A stretch of 63,695 nucleotides of DNA, filler included, from Octopus bimaculoides (GCF_001194135.2; 7 parts of 6 records of this genome joined end to end with filler, not necessarily neighbours in it), one strand, 5' to 3'. Positions 21,486 to 35,501 are shown, numbered from the whole stretch's first letter. Program-made: numbers and translations. The notes: generated from the sequence alone by a model not told the origin.

Positions 21486-23289
21486 CCTTCACATTGCTTT
21501 ATGCACTTCTCAATGAAATAATCCTGAAAGGAGAAAGTGAATCTTTAGTTAGGTTTTCTGTTGAATCAACGCAGACTTGGCAGTAAACAACACAGCAACA
21601 ACAAATAATAAGTCAAGCAACAAAAGTCGGATTAGTCATGGTCGGAATGTATTCGATTATATGTCTGGTCAATCAAAACAGACGTAGAGGAATGGTTAAA
21701 GGAGAACGTTTTCCTCGGTAGAGCAAAAACTAAATATTCAGTGAATGCAAGCATTTTAAAGCTACAGTAAAACGTTCTAAATATAGATGAATTATTTATA
21801 CATTAAGCTTAACATCTAGAAACCTCAAAATATACAAACGAAGAATATAGTCGGCATGGAATATAAGAAACAATATAAAAAAAACGTCTTTAATAATATC
21901 TTTAGTGATTTATAGATATCTTAAAATTTACCAATCTAAATCTCATTTAATAGAGACGAAGAAATTATAGGATTATAAAGTCAGGTAGTTTGAGTTAGTT
22001 TTTGTAGATAAATAAGCATTAACAAATCACATAAATTGAAACCAAAATAAGAATGATATAAGAGTAGTATTCTATATTTAATAAATAGTCCATTGAACTA
22101 AACAACTATTTTGTTTAGTAAAAAAACATGAGAAAAATATGAAATCGAATTCATACTAGATCACGAGTTAATGTTTCCAAACGCATGCGTAATCATTATA
22201 TGTTAAAAGAATTAAATTCCAGCGTTGCTGTTTCCCACCCTTGAGTGAAGTTGATTAGCATTAGTCCCTCACCTTATGCATTCCTCTCTTCATTACAATG
22301 GTAATATAAATTAATTGATACTTTTTAATTCTATTTTACGTTTTTTTTTAAAATTAATTGCTCACTCCATTAAGCATGCCTGTACTCACTCAATTATCAG
22401 TTTTATGGCAATTTACACAAAACTGATACGAAAAATTAATGAAAAGCCTGAACAAGACGAAAGAATGTTTTAAAACTAATTCAATATTTGATCAATGCCT
22501 GATTACGTACACAAAAATACGCTTCATATATCGTTTTATACCTAGAAGAAACTACTTAGTATATTCTTAGCAGTTACTTCCAGAAGGGATGATTTTTCTA
22601 AAGTCAAATCAGTTTCAATTTAGACAGAGAACACTGACTCTATTCTAACATTACGTGTTGAGTGTTTTAGTGACTACAGACGATTGTGTTGGTGTAACAA
22701 TTAGCAAAGGAATTTCTATACAATCAAGAGTGTTTATATACCGACATCCATCCCTTATGGAAACAGTGGTAGAAAAATGGCATTGTATCAATAAAATCAT
22801 GATTAAATGTTGACTATTGATATCGATATAGTCCAGAGCAAATAAAGTAACTGCTATACAGTTGATTCATCTGTAAGTAATTGCCGTTAAATTCTCTCAA
22901 ACAGCATCTTATTGCCTAAGAAACAGAGATGCACACGTAAGAGATTGTAAATATACAGAACGAAGAGCTGGTCATAGCTGGAATGCTTTTAATTTAAATG
23001 TTAGATCATAACCGACCTAGGATTGAACAACAACAGCAACAAAAAGAACTTAGTAAGTTGTAACTCTGAAATTTGAACCTGAAGATCTAACTAGTGATAT
23101 TATGAATATACATTTTTCTTTCAGTGATATAGCTTCAACAAAGCCGTAAAATGAGAAGTGGAACTGCCATTACCATTATTTAAACAAAAGACTAAACTTA
23201 TACCAGAGTTGTTGATGTTGGACTCTCCTTACAAGCCCATATTACTAATGTTTAATAACAGGAAATGGACATTAATATCATAAAATATA

Positions 23290-23650
23290 AGAAGATATTA
23301 GAGATGGGAAGCGACGCTAAATTGTGAACTCAATTTACTGAAAATTTCCTGTCGTCAAAAGAAAATATATATATTATCATCCACTCTATAAAGAATATTT
23401 CTTTTCTGGGAAATAAATTACTCTGACTTATAAAGATGATATACGGATAAATCAAATTAAATAAAGGATAGGATAAGAGGGAAACTTGTATTAAAGCTTT
23501 ATCAGATACAAATGATTGCGTCAATGTCAGTGATAACATTCGAGAAGATACTTCGCTAAAATGGGTCGACTATCGGTGTCGTTTACGTCCGAACAAATAT
23601 ATTTGTTTCGATGATACAATCTATGACAATATAGTTGTCAGAACCAATTA
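23290..23650 (+). pseudogene. Probable decayed C-type lectin domain, possibly followed by a PAN/apple-like remnant to ~24270
   Basis: Frame from 23505 reads DCVNVSDNIREDTSLKWVDYRCRLRPNKYIC (C...W.D..C.x6.YIC, near-match to the CTLD signature). An upstream frame gives RWEATLNCELNLLKIS...FW. Stops and a frameshift separate them. Confidence 0.42.
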
Positions 23651-24888
23651 ATGGATTGACTTCAATGAGCAAGGACATGTTCATTTAAACCAATCTCTTA
23701 AGAAATCAGTGTTAATGAGGACTAAATTGATGTACGTCCTGTATAATTTAACAACATTATATATCTGGATAAAAAGTGAATACGTAAAATTTAACAGAAT
23801 TAAATTATGTGTATTTAAAGTAAAGCTTATAAGAGCAATGATGTTAACAGTCTCGTCTTCTCATATATCTTATATATTTCTAGATTCTACCGTTTGGACG
23901 TCAGTTAGTGTAATACTGCCGTAAGATACCCTACAATGTGTACAGTTACCTGATTAATTATTTAGACAATATAAAGTATTTTGACAAACCAAATGCTTCC
24001 TTCATATTATATTGCCAATAACATAAGAAGTCTAGGAATCATTATAACACTATTACACCAAATTTTCATTTTCTTGCACAAAGGAATCTTAAGTCTTGTT
24101 TTTGCCATTAAAGTCAACCGTCACGAATGTCAGACGATATGTTTTATACCAGACGATCTTTATGTCGAAAAATGTCATATTAAATGTTATGCATAAATGT
24201 CATCTCACTGCATTATTTGTATGAGTTTCTTGTGACTAACAGAATCAAATACTTTTGCTCTCTCAATGTAGAGAATTGTGCATCGTGTTTTCTTTTGTCT
24301 AAATGTCTAGACAAGAGATTAGTTAAGTAATTGTGGAGTGATTTGAAAGAAAGTCCTGTTGATTAATTGATAAACGTTTATTTTAAGCAAAATGATTTAG
24401 AATAGTTTTTCCTATACTGGATTAAAATAATTTACTATACGTATTTAATAAACTAATTTGTCTGCACTTTGTTTAAGATTTGTTTATACAACAGATGTTA
24501 TTTAATATAAGTATGACAGCTATCTCAATTGATAGAGATGTATGAGACACAAGAGGGAAGAAAGATAGTATGAAGTTTCAGCTAATACAAATGCAATTTT
24601 GTTAATACAGTTTTGTGAAATAGCAACAGAAGATTTTAGAGAAAGATAATTTAAATGACTATACACCGTTAGAGATGAGATGATGATATTTTAGTTCTTA
24701 GCGGACAAATTATTTCATTAAAATTTAGATAAATTCTACAGTCTCTAGTAAATACTGGAAAAGTATTATTATTGAATAGAATTGTTTTTCTAATAGTTAT
24801 TTAAAATAACAGTTAATCGAAGTTCAGAGACTGTCATAAGAACTAAGAATTACAGGTTTTTATGTGTGTTCCTTTATACCTTTGAAAA

Positions 24889-25166
24889 CCGCAAAATTGC
24901 AGAAATTCAAAAGATAGTGCTCGTGGGAAATGCCCATATCCTACGTAAAATAATGTAATAATGTCTATGTAATCTCAAATTTTAAAACAAACTCATAATT
25001 TTTTTATGTTTTCTTAAACATTCTCTAGAACAATACTATGTACAAAACCAAATATATGGCACCATAGGCATTACACCAACATTAACTTCTAACTTGTTGT
25101 CTCTTGAGGTCTCTGGGTGAGACTTGGAGTCAACTTGTACAAATACAATGTAAAAGTCAAATATAT
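24889..25166 (+). mobile_element. R4/Dong-like (RLE) non-LTR retrotransposon 3' end abutting (AAT)n
   Basis: RKIAEIQKIVLVGNAHILRKIM* matches the C-terminal QK..LLGTAHILRK motif of R4-clade elements. The 3' UTR runs directly into TAA repeats. Confidence 0.72.
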
Positions 25167-25197
25167 AATAATGATAATGACGATGATAATAATAATA

Positions 25198-25265
<68 letters not shown>

Positions 25266-25278
25266 CATAATAATAATG

Positions 25279-25343
<65 letters not shown>

Positions 25344-25441
25344 NNNNNNNNNNAACGAGTTTCTCTGCCTTAGGTGTACGGAAAACACTCGGCGAGAAAT
25401 GGAAGAAAATTTGAAGAAAGAAGGAAAAAAACAACAACAAC

Positions 25442-25507
<66 letters not shown>

Positions 25508-25525
25508 GCAACAATATTAATAATA
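25167..25525. repeat. (AAT)n microsatellite complex with an ~90-bp unique insert at 25354-25440
   Basis: Directly visible. Confidence 0.95.
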
Positions 25526-27469
25526 ATAGTGGAAATAAATGTGTGAGACACAATAAAATTTCTATTTGCATTCCGAATGACTAATCCGATAAGAGTTACG
25601 TGAATCTGATATTTACTTTACTTTGCACGCTATCATAGATAGAAAATGAATTAATCTCATTATTGATCATTAGCAGTTATATAAGCACATAATAAGAATG
25701 AAGATTGAATAATATTTTCTAATGATAAGCGCAACCTCCTTGATAATCTGTAGTGTTATGTTGTATGAACAGCAATGAGACGGCTGCGTGCATATTTTAT
25801 ACAGGTCAGTGTACACCGTGATTACATCAATGGCCACTACCGCGATATATAAAGACGATAAGCGTTTGATTCTGTCGCACCTCTCAACCAATACTTATTT
25901 CTAGGACTTAAGATTCCATCAGCAGTAAAAATATTCGGAGGCACTAATTATAATACGTTATCTTACTTCTCTATCTTATATTCTACTCCATTGTCATTTG
26001 ACCCTTTTAAAACATGGTACCCCTCGTATTTGATCGCTCTCTAAACACAGCTTCAATACTTAATCGTTAATTTAGTCAACATTTTCATGAGTGGTAGGAA
26101 ATACAATGAACTCTGCATAAAAAGCTTATTTCTACAAAAATTCACCGCATTCTTTGAACGTAGAATAACATTTGTCTTTGTCAAACAAACTCGATCAATT
26201 GTGAATGCATTTTTACATATCATAGCTATGTTAGATATGTTAACACACATCCTTGGGTAGCAGGTCGGAGTTGATTGTGTCTTTCTTAATTTGGAAGCAA
26301 AAGGAAATTGTTGACGTTCTGTTATAATCTTACAATCTCCGAAGTTAAATAGTTAAACTAACGGAGGTTATCGTAGCAGATAACGCGTATATGTGTAAAA
26401 TATATGAGATGGATGCATATAAATGTAACACAGTGACACTCATATACACGATTTGACAGACACACTTGCCCATACATACGTTTATGTAGAATATAGAACG
26501 TATAACATGATGGCTTTGGTACATTACTTAAACCAGTATAATGTCCAATTTGTTGGAAATCACTTGCTTTTCGTTTCTTTGACTTTTATAAAACAGTATA
26601 CTCTGAAGTCAGTAAACAATCAACGTTTCTCTCCAACTTATATCGACCGGTGCTTTCCCGAATTTTCTATGTAACTACAAGTTATGAGATAGATAAACAA
26701 AGCCAACCTGCACCATCGATCATTAAACCTATGAAAGATTAGTTTTATGCTTCTGCTCAAGTCAGAAACTGACAGAGATCGACAAATTTCTCAGACTACG
26801 CAATTGTTTCCAATATATCGCACATTATATCTGTATAAAATGAATATTCATATAATGGCTAATAAGGTTATGTACAAGGAACAGAATATATTTTTCTCGT
26901 GCTCATTTTGACATTTTCGATTAATTAACATACAATAATTCTTATCCCAAGAGATACAGGAGATCAGTTAATTAACTGATTGAATTATCTCGAACAGACG
27001 AGATTTCCAATATATTAAATATTATACTGGAATGAAGATTTGAAATGTGTTATTGGAATTAAGAAATCTTTAACCCTTCTGTTACTGTATTTCTTCCGCA
27101 TTATACACTACCTTTGTTTCAATTAACCTTGAAAATAATATGTTCAGACGCTCGCATTGAAACCGCAAGTTTTCGGTTTCAATTTCACTCCACATCCTTT
27201 GAACAAGTATCTTCTACTATAGGCTGGATAGATCAATGCCTTGTAAGTAAATTTGGTAGGTTAAAACTGCACGGGAGCCCTCAAATACACACCCATACAT
27301 ACATACATACATACATACATACGCACATATACATGTGGATGTATACACACAAATATATATGTATGAGTATATGTCATTTTGTCTGTGTTCGTTCGTGAAC
27401 CCATGTTTTGACAACCGGTGTCGATATGTAACTTAGCGGTTAGGCGAAATTCCCCGCTAGAATAAGTAA

Positions 27470-27540
27470 AAGACTACTGGACTCTAACACGATTACTGGA
27501 CTCTAACACAACTTCTGGACACTAACAAAACTACTGGATT
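27470..27540. repeat. Short 19-20-bp tandem repeat (ACTACTGGACTCTAACAC..) x3.5
   Basis: Directly visible. Confidence 0.8.
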
Positions 27541-28424
27541 ATATTTGTTTGACTAAAACACTTTGAGCCTGTGCCAGAGTAAAGATAAGTGTAAAAGGTT
27601 ATTAAGCTGGTATCTGAAACATAAATTAACATGAAAATATAATAGAAGGCTTTAATTTAGTCCGCTTTAAATCACAATATTTGTACCATAGAAGTAATAG
27701 CGGTCTTATGCCGGTTGTAATCAAAAGTGGGTAGTTTATTGAAAACCCATTAAAAGTGCAGATATTAAAGAAATTATATTTATTAGTCAAGAGTATCATC
27801 GAAAGCTGTTCTTATATCACATAATAATTTGATTGAACACTAATATATTTAAATCATTATTTCGTTGATAGCAATAAAGTATTTTATAATATTAAAGAGA
27901 TATTGCTTATGAGAAATGGATATGAATCTGTAGTCTATAACCCATTGTCATAATTATTATCCATTAGAGAAAAGTGTTTTCGTCGAATAATCTACTATAA
28001 TGATTTATCTCCTTACATGTATAATTTCAATTTGGTAAATGAAATATTATCATTGAGTTTAATATTTAATTATTTCTACTTCACTACTTAAGGAATTTCT
28101 ATTCAGCCATTGGATATATTAGGTCATATTTGTCAGAGGGAGTGCATTTACGATACACAACGTCCATCTAAAATAAGCAACGTTCTTATGAAATTGTTAC
28201 AGAGATATTCCTAAAACAGATATAAAACTGTCCGTGTCATTATAATAGACGTAATGCCAATATATTCGCGATCTCATCTTTTATAGTCTTTATTAGCCTA
28301 ATGTTTCTTGATTCAATGTGAATCACATCTAACAATCTCTGAAATGCTAAGAACACTGAGGAAATAATGAATCACTTTCTATAGCATATCGCTTTCAACA
28401 CTATATTTATACATTATTTACATT

Positions 28425-28641
28425 TGATGGATATTTGTCCTCACCTTGTTTGTTGTTAACATCACGTTTCGGTTGATATACCCTCCAGCCTTCATCAAGT
28501 GTCTAGGGGAAATTTCGAACCTGGGTTCTCATTCCTAAGGTACTTTTCGATGTTATTATCAATAATAACAATAATAATAACATCGAAGAGTACCTTAGGA
28601 ATGAGAACCCATGTTCGAAATTTCCCCAAGACACTTGATGA
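28425..28641. mobile_element. Penelope-like element end arranged as an inverted repeat, with a degenerate hammerhead-ribozyme-like motif
   Basis: Arms 28492-28559 and ~28574-28641 are near-perfect reverse complements around an AAT-rich loop. The minus strand reads ACAC-TTGATGA-AGGCTG-loop-CAACC-GAAAC-GTG. Confidence 0.6.
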
Positions 28642-29929
28642 TTAGCAGCATTTCTCCTTACTTTATTTTCTGAGTTCAAATTCCGCTGGAATTGAATATT
28701 TTTTCTTCGGTTTTATTTTTTTTATTATTTTCATCCTTTCGGAATCGTTAAAATATGTACCAGTTAAACAATGAGGTCGATGTAATCGACTTATTCCCTC
28801 TTCCGAAATTACTGGCCTTGGGCTAGAATCTGAAATCAATATCTATTAGTTCTCAGACTGAATATGAAGACTTTTATCAAACGGAGCAATTGATAAAGAA
28901 CTACTGTTTCTTGTCTCCCTGTTACTGAATGTGTTAGCTATATCCAAATTATAATCATCGATGTTGGGTGTCCATTAGTCCTGCATCGACCCAAATAGGA
29001 TAAATATATGGTAACTGACATTCTAAAATTTGCCAAAACTCCATTTTGTTTTCTTCTTCAAGCATACAGTATTGCAGCCTAAAATACCCAATGTAAATTT
29101 TTCAAGTTGATGACATAGTTTGAACTGTGATTCATCTGTAATTTCTAGAAGTCAAACGATATACATATGACGTCATCCTTCTACTTCATACATTCTTTCG
29201 TGAACGCTTCACTACATAACCTCTACGATAGCTCACACGTTGTTCTCTTCTCAGAATTGGATACGTAAACCTAGTGCATATCTCTCAAATGGCTTCAAAA
29301 ATTTGTGATTAATATGCTTCCTTTATTCTTCGTATTTCTATTGATTCCTATTTCTTTGCCTATTAAAATTTTCCTTTCTAATATATTTATCAATCAGTAT
29401 TTTCTTTGTTTTCATTCACATTTTCAATAATATATTACCAGGTGTTATTTAATCTGGTTCCAAATACTCAAGGTGTTTGAAATTTTCCTGTTTCAAACAA
29501 TCACTATGTAATATCATCATCTGGCAACTAACTTCTGAAGAAACTAGAATGTTATTTACATCAATTCAATTTTATATATATATATATATATGTGTGTGTA
29601 TGTGTGTGTGTGTGTGTGTGCGTGCGAGTGTGTGTTTGCGTGTGTGTGTTTGTGTGTGTGAGTGTGTGTAACGTATACATATATGTTATATTAAATAAAT
29701 GTATGATACATATATAAGTATATATATGTATGTGTGTACATCTATCTATATACATACATACATACATATATATATATATTACGTATATATACCTGTGTAT
29801 TTATGTATATAAGTATGTATTCGCACGCAGATGCATGTATATATATGCAAACATACATATTTAAATGGATAGTCATATTATTTACTTATTTGAATTAACT
29901 TCAAAAGGTTGGACATTGTACAGATCGCT

Positions 29930-31021
29930 CCATCCGGGTTATCCCTTGCGTAATTCTTGAAAAGATAGGCTGACATAGAGCGTAACAAAGCTTCAATGTT
30001 GAAATACAGAAACAGTCCATCAGATGCGTTCTGGCATCATTTCAACCATCGTTTCCCGTTGCCCAATTTCCTAGATAAATCTCAGCCTTTATTCTGCCAT
30101 AGATTGCCTTTTGCCCATCTATCATTAGTTTTATTGTCTTCTTCCAAACCGTCTATATGTCTCTCATCGAGCAAGCTATCACTGTTCGTTTTCCTATAGT
30201 TTATTAGAGATTTCACCTCTGTTTTTTGTTATGAGATTATTTTTTTCTTTTTCAGTAGGGACTGTATTTTCATCGTTTACTCTCCTGCCGTTTTCCAACA
30301 CCCATTTTTTGATAGCTTCGAGCTCTACTTTTGTGAACTACGAGCTTTTGTTATTGCTCAAGGTTGATCACATAATCTCTGTTCCGCGAGTTGAAACAAT
30401 CCTCTTTCTCTCCATTGATCATACATACGCTGTCGGTATCCCCTAATATGAACACCATTTTCATGTACAGGGTTGCTCAGTTAGTAACACTCCATGACCA
30501 CAGCATTGACGTGTTTGTTCTATATACACCGTGTGTGCTGGCCCCTTGCTGGATAACGACAGGCTGGAGTCGGACCAGTATCTCTGAGCCTGCCGGGAGC
30601 AACACTGTCACCATCACAACCATATGTGCGCGACATAGTGGTCTCATATCAAGATAAATAGCGCATGACCTTGCAGGTGGGGCCCAGTTAGAATTTTCTT
30701 TAGGTCGAGTAGCCCATCCCGCTCAAATGGTCCCTGAATAAGGGGTTGATTAAGGATGTTGAGCGAAACTCCCATGTTTTCAAAAGTGAATTGTTTAAAT
30801 TTCAAAGAATTCTATAAAACACATGTCTATGATGCTCCCCCACTAATTCTACTCGTGATCAGAGATACATATATCGTCAACCATCAAGCGACATACTCAA
30901 CTGGTTAAGGTTAAGCAACTGACAAGGAAATATGTGGTACTGAGCAAGACAAAACATGTACATGATAACACTTCTAATTAGTTAAGATCAGAAGCGATGA
31001 GAGCTACTGCCTAGCACTGCA
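29930..31021 (-). mobile_element. R4/Dong-like retrotransposon 5' UTR plus decayed ORF N-terminus
   Basis: Minus strand reads VMECY*LSNPVHENGVHIRGYRQRMYDQWREK-GLFQLAEQRLCDQ...FTKVELEAIK, the MECY...RGYR.RM...EQRL.DQ motif seen at the N-terminus of R4-clade ORFs. 30612-31021 is homologous to 47233-47670. Confidence 0.65.
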
Positions 31022-31022
31022 C

Positions 31023-31297
<275 letters not shown>

Positions 31298-31769
31298 TCC
31301 GAGCTACGTTGATGGGAAATATCCTCGTAAATCTAGAAATTAGAGATTTTATCGTTATAATTGTTCCGAAAAAAAGTTTAAATATATCAGTCTTCCATAA
31401 TTAAAGGAAAATAAAGTTGTTTTCCTTCGTCGCCTGGAGCCAGCAGACAAATATATTTATTTAAATATCAACAAGTTTGATGTCTTCCTTGAGTATATTT
31501 GTTGTGTAAGTGAATAAAACTTTCATCTTCCGGTGAGTTTTCGGCGAAAATTACCAAACGAGTAAGCGCTAACTATACAAAAAAAAACCAAAAAAAAAAA
31601 CAGTCATGAGATGCAACATAGAATCAAGGCAGTAAACGGTATTGGTGTAAAAATAACGACAATAAGTCTACCAGCACTAACAACAATAGCAACAGATTTA
31701 ATTAAAGGCAAATGATGGTAAAGAAGCTGTGAAGGATATATATGTTGACACTAGCAAGACTACCGGTGG

Positions 31770-31924
31770 AAATGTTACGGATGAACCACTTGGTTCCGGG
31801 TTCAGTCACACTGCGCGGCAACTTGGGAAAGTGTCTTCTACAATAGACTCGGACCGACCAAAGCCTTGTGAGTGGATTTGGTAGACGGAAACTGAAAGAA
31901 GCCCGTCGTATATATTTATATATG

Positions 31925-31960
<36 letters not shown>

Positions 31961-32190
31961 CGCGTGTGTGTGTGTGTGTGTGTGTGTATCTGTGTTTGTC
32001 CTCTAACATCGCTTGACAACCGATGCTGGTGTGTTTACGTCCCCGTAACTTAGCGGTTCGGCAAAAATAACCTATAGAATAAGTACTAGGCTTACAAAGA
32101 ACCAGACGTGGGGTCGATTTTCAGGACTAAAGGCGGTGCTCCAACATGGCCACAATCAATTGACTGAAACAAGTAAAAGAGTAAAAGAGA
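31770..32190 (+). mobile_element. SINE family A, near full length with internal (TA)/(GT) tract
   Basis: Head, body and 3' tail GACTGAAACAAGTAAAAGAGTAAAAGAG are all present. Confidence 0.8.
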
Positions 32191-32330
32191 GAAGGAAAAG
32201 GATTCGTGATTTAGGGAACATCACCATTGAAAACAACAAACATGACAACGGCAAAAATTAGAACGAGGACAAAAAAGAAAATATGCATGACAAAAAAAAT
32301 CAAGCAGTAAACCCAAATTGTAGCTTATTG

Positions 32331-32720
32331 CAGTGTTCCCAACCATTTTTTTTCCTGCGTCCCACTATTTAATAACAAATATTTCAGTGCCCCATTTAAA
32401 AAACAAAAAAAAATGTGGTGCCCATCAACATTTTTTTAAATATAGAAACACAATTTTTTTAATTCAATTACTTGGCTGATAGATACCTCGACTCATTTAG
32501 TGAGAATCCTGTGCCTGGTGCATTTGGCACAAATCCTTGATTTGAGGAAACAATTTCGTTAACTTCAGCAGTAAATCGTCACATTTTGTAATTTCAAACC
32601 GGTTTATCTTGGCTTCCAGCAAATTGTCAACTGCACTGAATTCACATTCGACCAAATAAAATGAGGGAAAATGAATCAATAGTTGTCTTGGACAATATAT
32701 ATTGAAACAGAAAAACAAAC
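32331..32720 (-). mobile_element. hAT (Buster/Charlie-like) transposase C-terminus and terminal repeat
   Basis: FPSFYLVECEFSAVDNLLEAKINRFEITKCDDLLLKLTKLFPQIKDLCQMHQAQDSH* matches the Buster-type C-terminus. A hAT-type end CAGTGTTCCCAACC lies at 32331. Confidence 0.8.
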
Positions 32721-33006
32721 GCCTAACAAATGCAAATACCTCACTCGGTCTGCTGATTGGGTGTAGCTACATCGATTCCCATGGTTTAAATATAAATATT
32801 GCATGGCTATGTTTTTATTATTTTTCTCATTTCAATGTCCAAAGAGAGGCTTAGGGTTGACAAGTATGCGCTCAAGTCATTCGCAAAACTTCTCACAGCC
32901 CACGCTAACGCACGCCTCACCCCAAATTTCCCATGCCTAAAAACTAACTTCTTTTGAAAAATTAAGACACAAGGGAAGTGATGCAATGGTACTTTCTGGT
33001 TGGTAA

Positions 33007-33508
33007 AGCGGCGGAATTCTGCTTTACACACGCTATATAACCTATCTTAACTTTTCTTAGTTTTGGGAATTTTCAGAATAATATTGCGAATTTGTATTCT
33101 ACACAGAATTTCATACGGTTATGCAAAAAAAAAAAAAAAAATGTGCGTGATTTAAGGCCTATTTAGCTGTTATTTTTAGCACATATCATGACTACCTCAT
33201 ATCCCCCTTTGTTTGTCAGACTGACGTATTGGTGTTTTCCAATTCTTTCTCTCCATAAACGCATTTAAGGTTCTACTGCTGGGATTTAATCCATAAATTC
33301 GGATTGGCCGTATTTAAAAATGTGATTTAAAAATTCGATACATTGACCAAAATATTTTTTTTTAATTTCGAAAAATTAAAAGTTTTTTTTGTCATAGTCG
33401 TGTGAATTTCTGTACGTAGGACACAAGTTCGCAGAAATTTTCCGAAAATTCCAAAACAAAAAAGTTATGAGCAGTTATACGGCATGCGTAAAGCAAAATT
33501 CCGCCGCT
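33007..33508. mobile_element. MITE with ~90-bp imperfect TIRs (AGCGGCGGAATT...AATTCCGCCGCT)
   Basis: 33007-33095 is the reverse complement of 33420-33508. TAAA flanks the GCGGCGG/CCGCCGC core on both sides. Superfamily unresolved. Confidence 0.75.
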
Positions 33509-34699
33509 AAAGCTTCATAGAAAGTGAAGCTTTATATAGTCTTGGAGTGAGGGTGTGTAACGGCCCGTGAAGCTTTATTGAATAATCACTGGAATGACAG
33601 TGCTTCTCAGTGAGAGAATATTTATACAAAGAAACATAGAGCAATGGCGCTTCCTGATGAGTTAAATGTTATAAAGAGAAACTTGGAGTAATGTTTTGTT
33701 TTTTTTTCCGGTAAGGAAAACTTTATATAAAGAAACAGGGAATGATAATATTTCCAGAGGACTGGCTGAGTCCTTTGCTGAGAAACAGTCAGCTACAGCT
33801 TTAATATAAACAGAATAGAACTCTTATTGTATTGCTGCATTTGTTTTGCTGAGTATTTTGTATCTTATTTGCTCTCTGGCCTCTGCCGTAATTATAGGCG
33901 CTACAAAGTAACATGTAAATTGTATAAGATTTTGGAATTGTAGTGCTGTGCTATGGTGGAACTTAGAATCTGTAGCACTAGTTTATTGGGGAATGGGAAA
34001 TAATTACTTCATAATTTCGGAGAGTATTTTAGCGTGAGCTATGAGGATATAATATATTAATGAAAATTACCTTGCGTGGAATATAAGCTACTATATACTG
34101 TGCTATCATTGACTTGAGTATAACGTTGTTGTTGCACTTGGGGTGGTTTGACCTTAACCTATATTTCATTTACAAATGTTATACTTTTTGTTTTCATTCT
34201 CCACAGCTTGCATATGTCATTTTCAAAAACTCTTTGTTGCAACAATTTTTCGAAGTCCTTCAGGGCAATAGTTTCGACAGAACGAATTGTGATATCTTCA
34301 AAGAATGCTGAAATTTTCGTTCAAATACTTGCTTATTATATAGACGAAAAACCTTGATCTATGTAGCAAGTAAACTACTCATTTTTCTCATGACTGTATC
34401 CATCTTATTGTCATATCCTTTATTTCAAATATGTCTCTACAACATTTTATCTGCCTCCGCGTCGTCGAAAAAACAACATTTTGCACAGTGAACAAAACCG
34501 ACAAAAGTCAGTTAGTAACGTTTAACTTTCACTTATTTGAGTCATTGGACTGCAGCCATGCATGGGCACCGATTAAAACTGACGCCAGAACGTATACATT
34601 TAGAAAATTTCATATTATTGTCTGTTGTTTCACTGAATTGAAGTTTCGCCCGATATAATCATGTTTCTTATTGAACCATATATTGTGTTTTAGGATGTG

Positions 34700-35083
34700 G
34701 TATACTCTTGGTAAAAACGTTTTTCTTTTTGTCTTCTGCTCTACATACATGTTTTTTTTTATATACTGAATTAAGAACTTCATTTCCATGTTATCTCCCA
34801 CTATAAGATCAAGTTCATCACGGTTTGCTTTTAGGCTTTTGGTAAAGTTCTCAAATAACAATCGGCAATATTATAACCTTTCAACTTCGCTCTAGCAGCA
34901 CTTGAGTATTTCTTGCTAGGAGATATCATGCTCTACTTTTCTCTTTTTCTTTCCTTTTAGTAAGATATCAAATGGACAAGTCACATCGATTAGAGTACAT
35001 AGGTTCTTTTTCTAGTGAGTAACTACTACGTCTGATTTATTGTATTCTGCTCTTCTACACAACTTTCGGGTTCTAGTTCTCAG
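34700..35083 (-). mobile_element. Older R4/Dong-like RLE-domain remnant
   Basis: NKSDVVVTH*KKNLCTLIDVTCPFD...RKVE matches the RLE motif NRPDIV...C.LIDV.CPFD...EK.EKY. Confidence 0.65.
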
Positions 35084-35105
35084 TATTATTATTATTATTA
35101 TTATT

Positions 35106-35401
35106 GTTCAGTAGTTTTATTTTTATAACGTGCTTTCACTTCACTACCGAGCGCAGCTCTGTGCGCCTTGGGTATGTGCTGTGGTTTGCTGTGGTGCTCT
35201 TATGGTTACTGTACTGAAAGTGTTTTGCGTAGGATGTGTGCTGTGCCCAGTAGTGCAATTTTCTGTATGTTATATATATTTGTAAGTCCTGGTGTTTTTG
35301 TTATGTATTTGTCTGAATATTTTTTTTATTATACCTAAGGCACCTACTATAATAGGAATTGTTTCTGTTTTTAGATTCCACATTCGAGTTACCTCTATTT
35401 C
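35106..35401 (-). mobile_element. R4/Dong-like 3' end abutting (TAA)n
   Basis: EIEVTRMWNLKTETIPIIVGALG...NIQKIALLGTAHILRKTLSVQ*, then a ~100-bp 3' UTR, then TAA repeats at 35084-35105. Confidence 0.85.
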
Positions 35402-35501
35402 NNNNNNNNNNNNNNNNNNNNNNNNNNNNNNNNNNNNNNNNNNNNTTAATTAATTAANNNNNNNNNNNNNNNNNNNNNNNNNNNNNNNNNNNNNNNNNNN
35501 N

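Noticed and set aside
26040-26340. Pif1/Helitron-like words (FPTTHENVD*IND, RQQFPF) on the minus strand
   Set aside because: The motifs are in different frames and in the wrong order for a Helitron helicase.
27890-29400. Further CTLD-like scraps on the minus strand (LLEITDE.., W-V-D motifs)
   Set aside because: Motifs are scattered over different frames without the Cys pattern; not supportable without a profile search.
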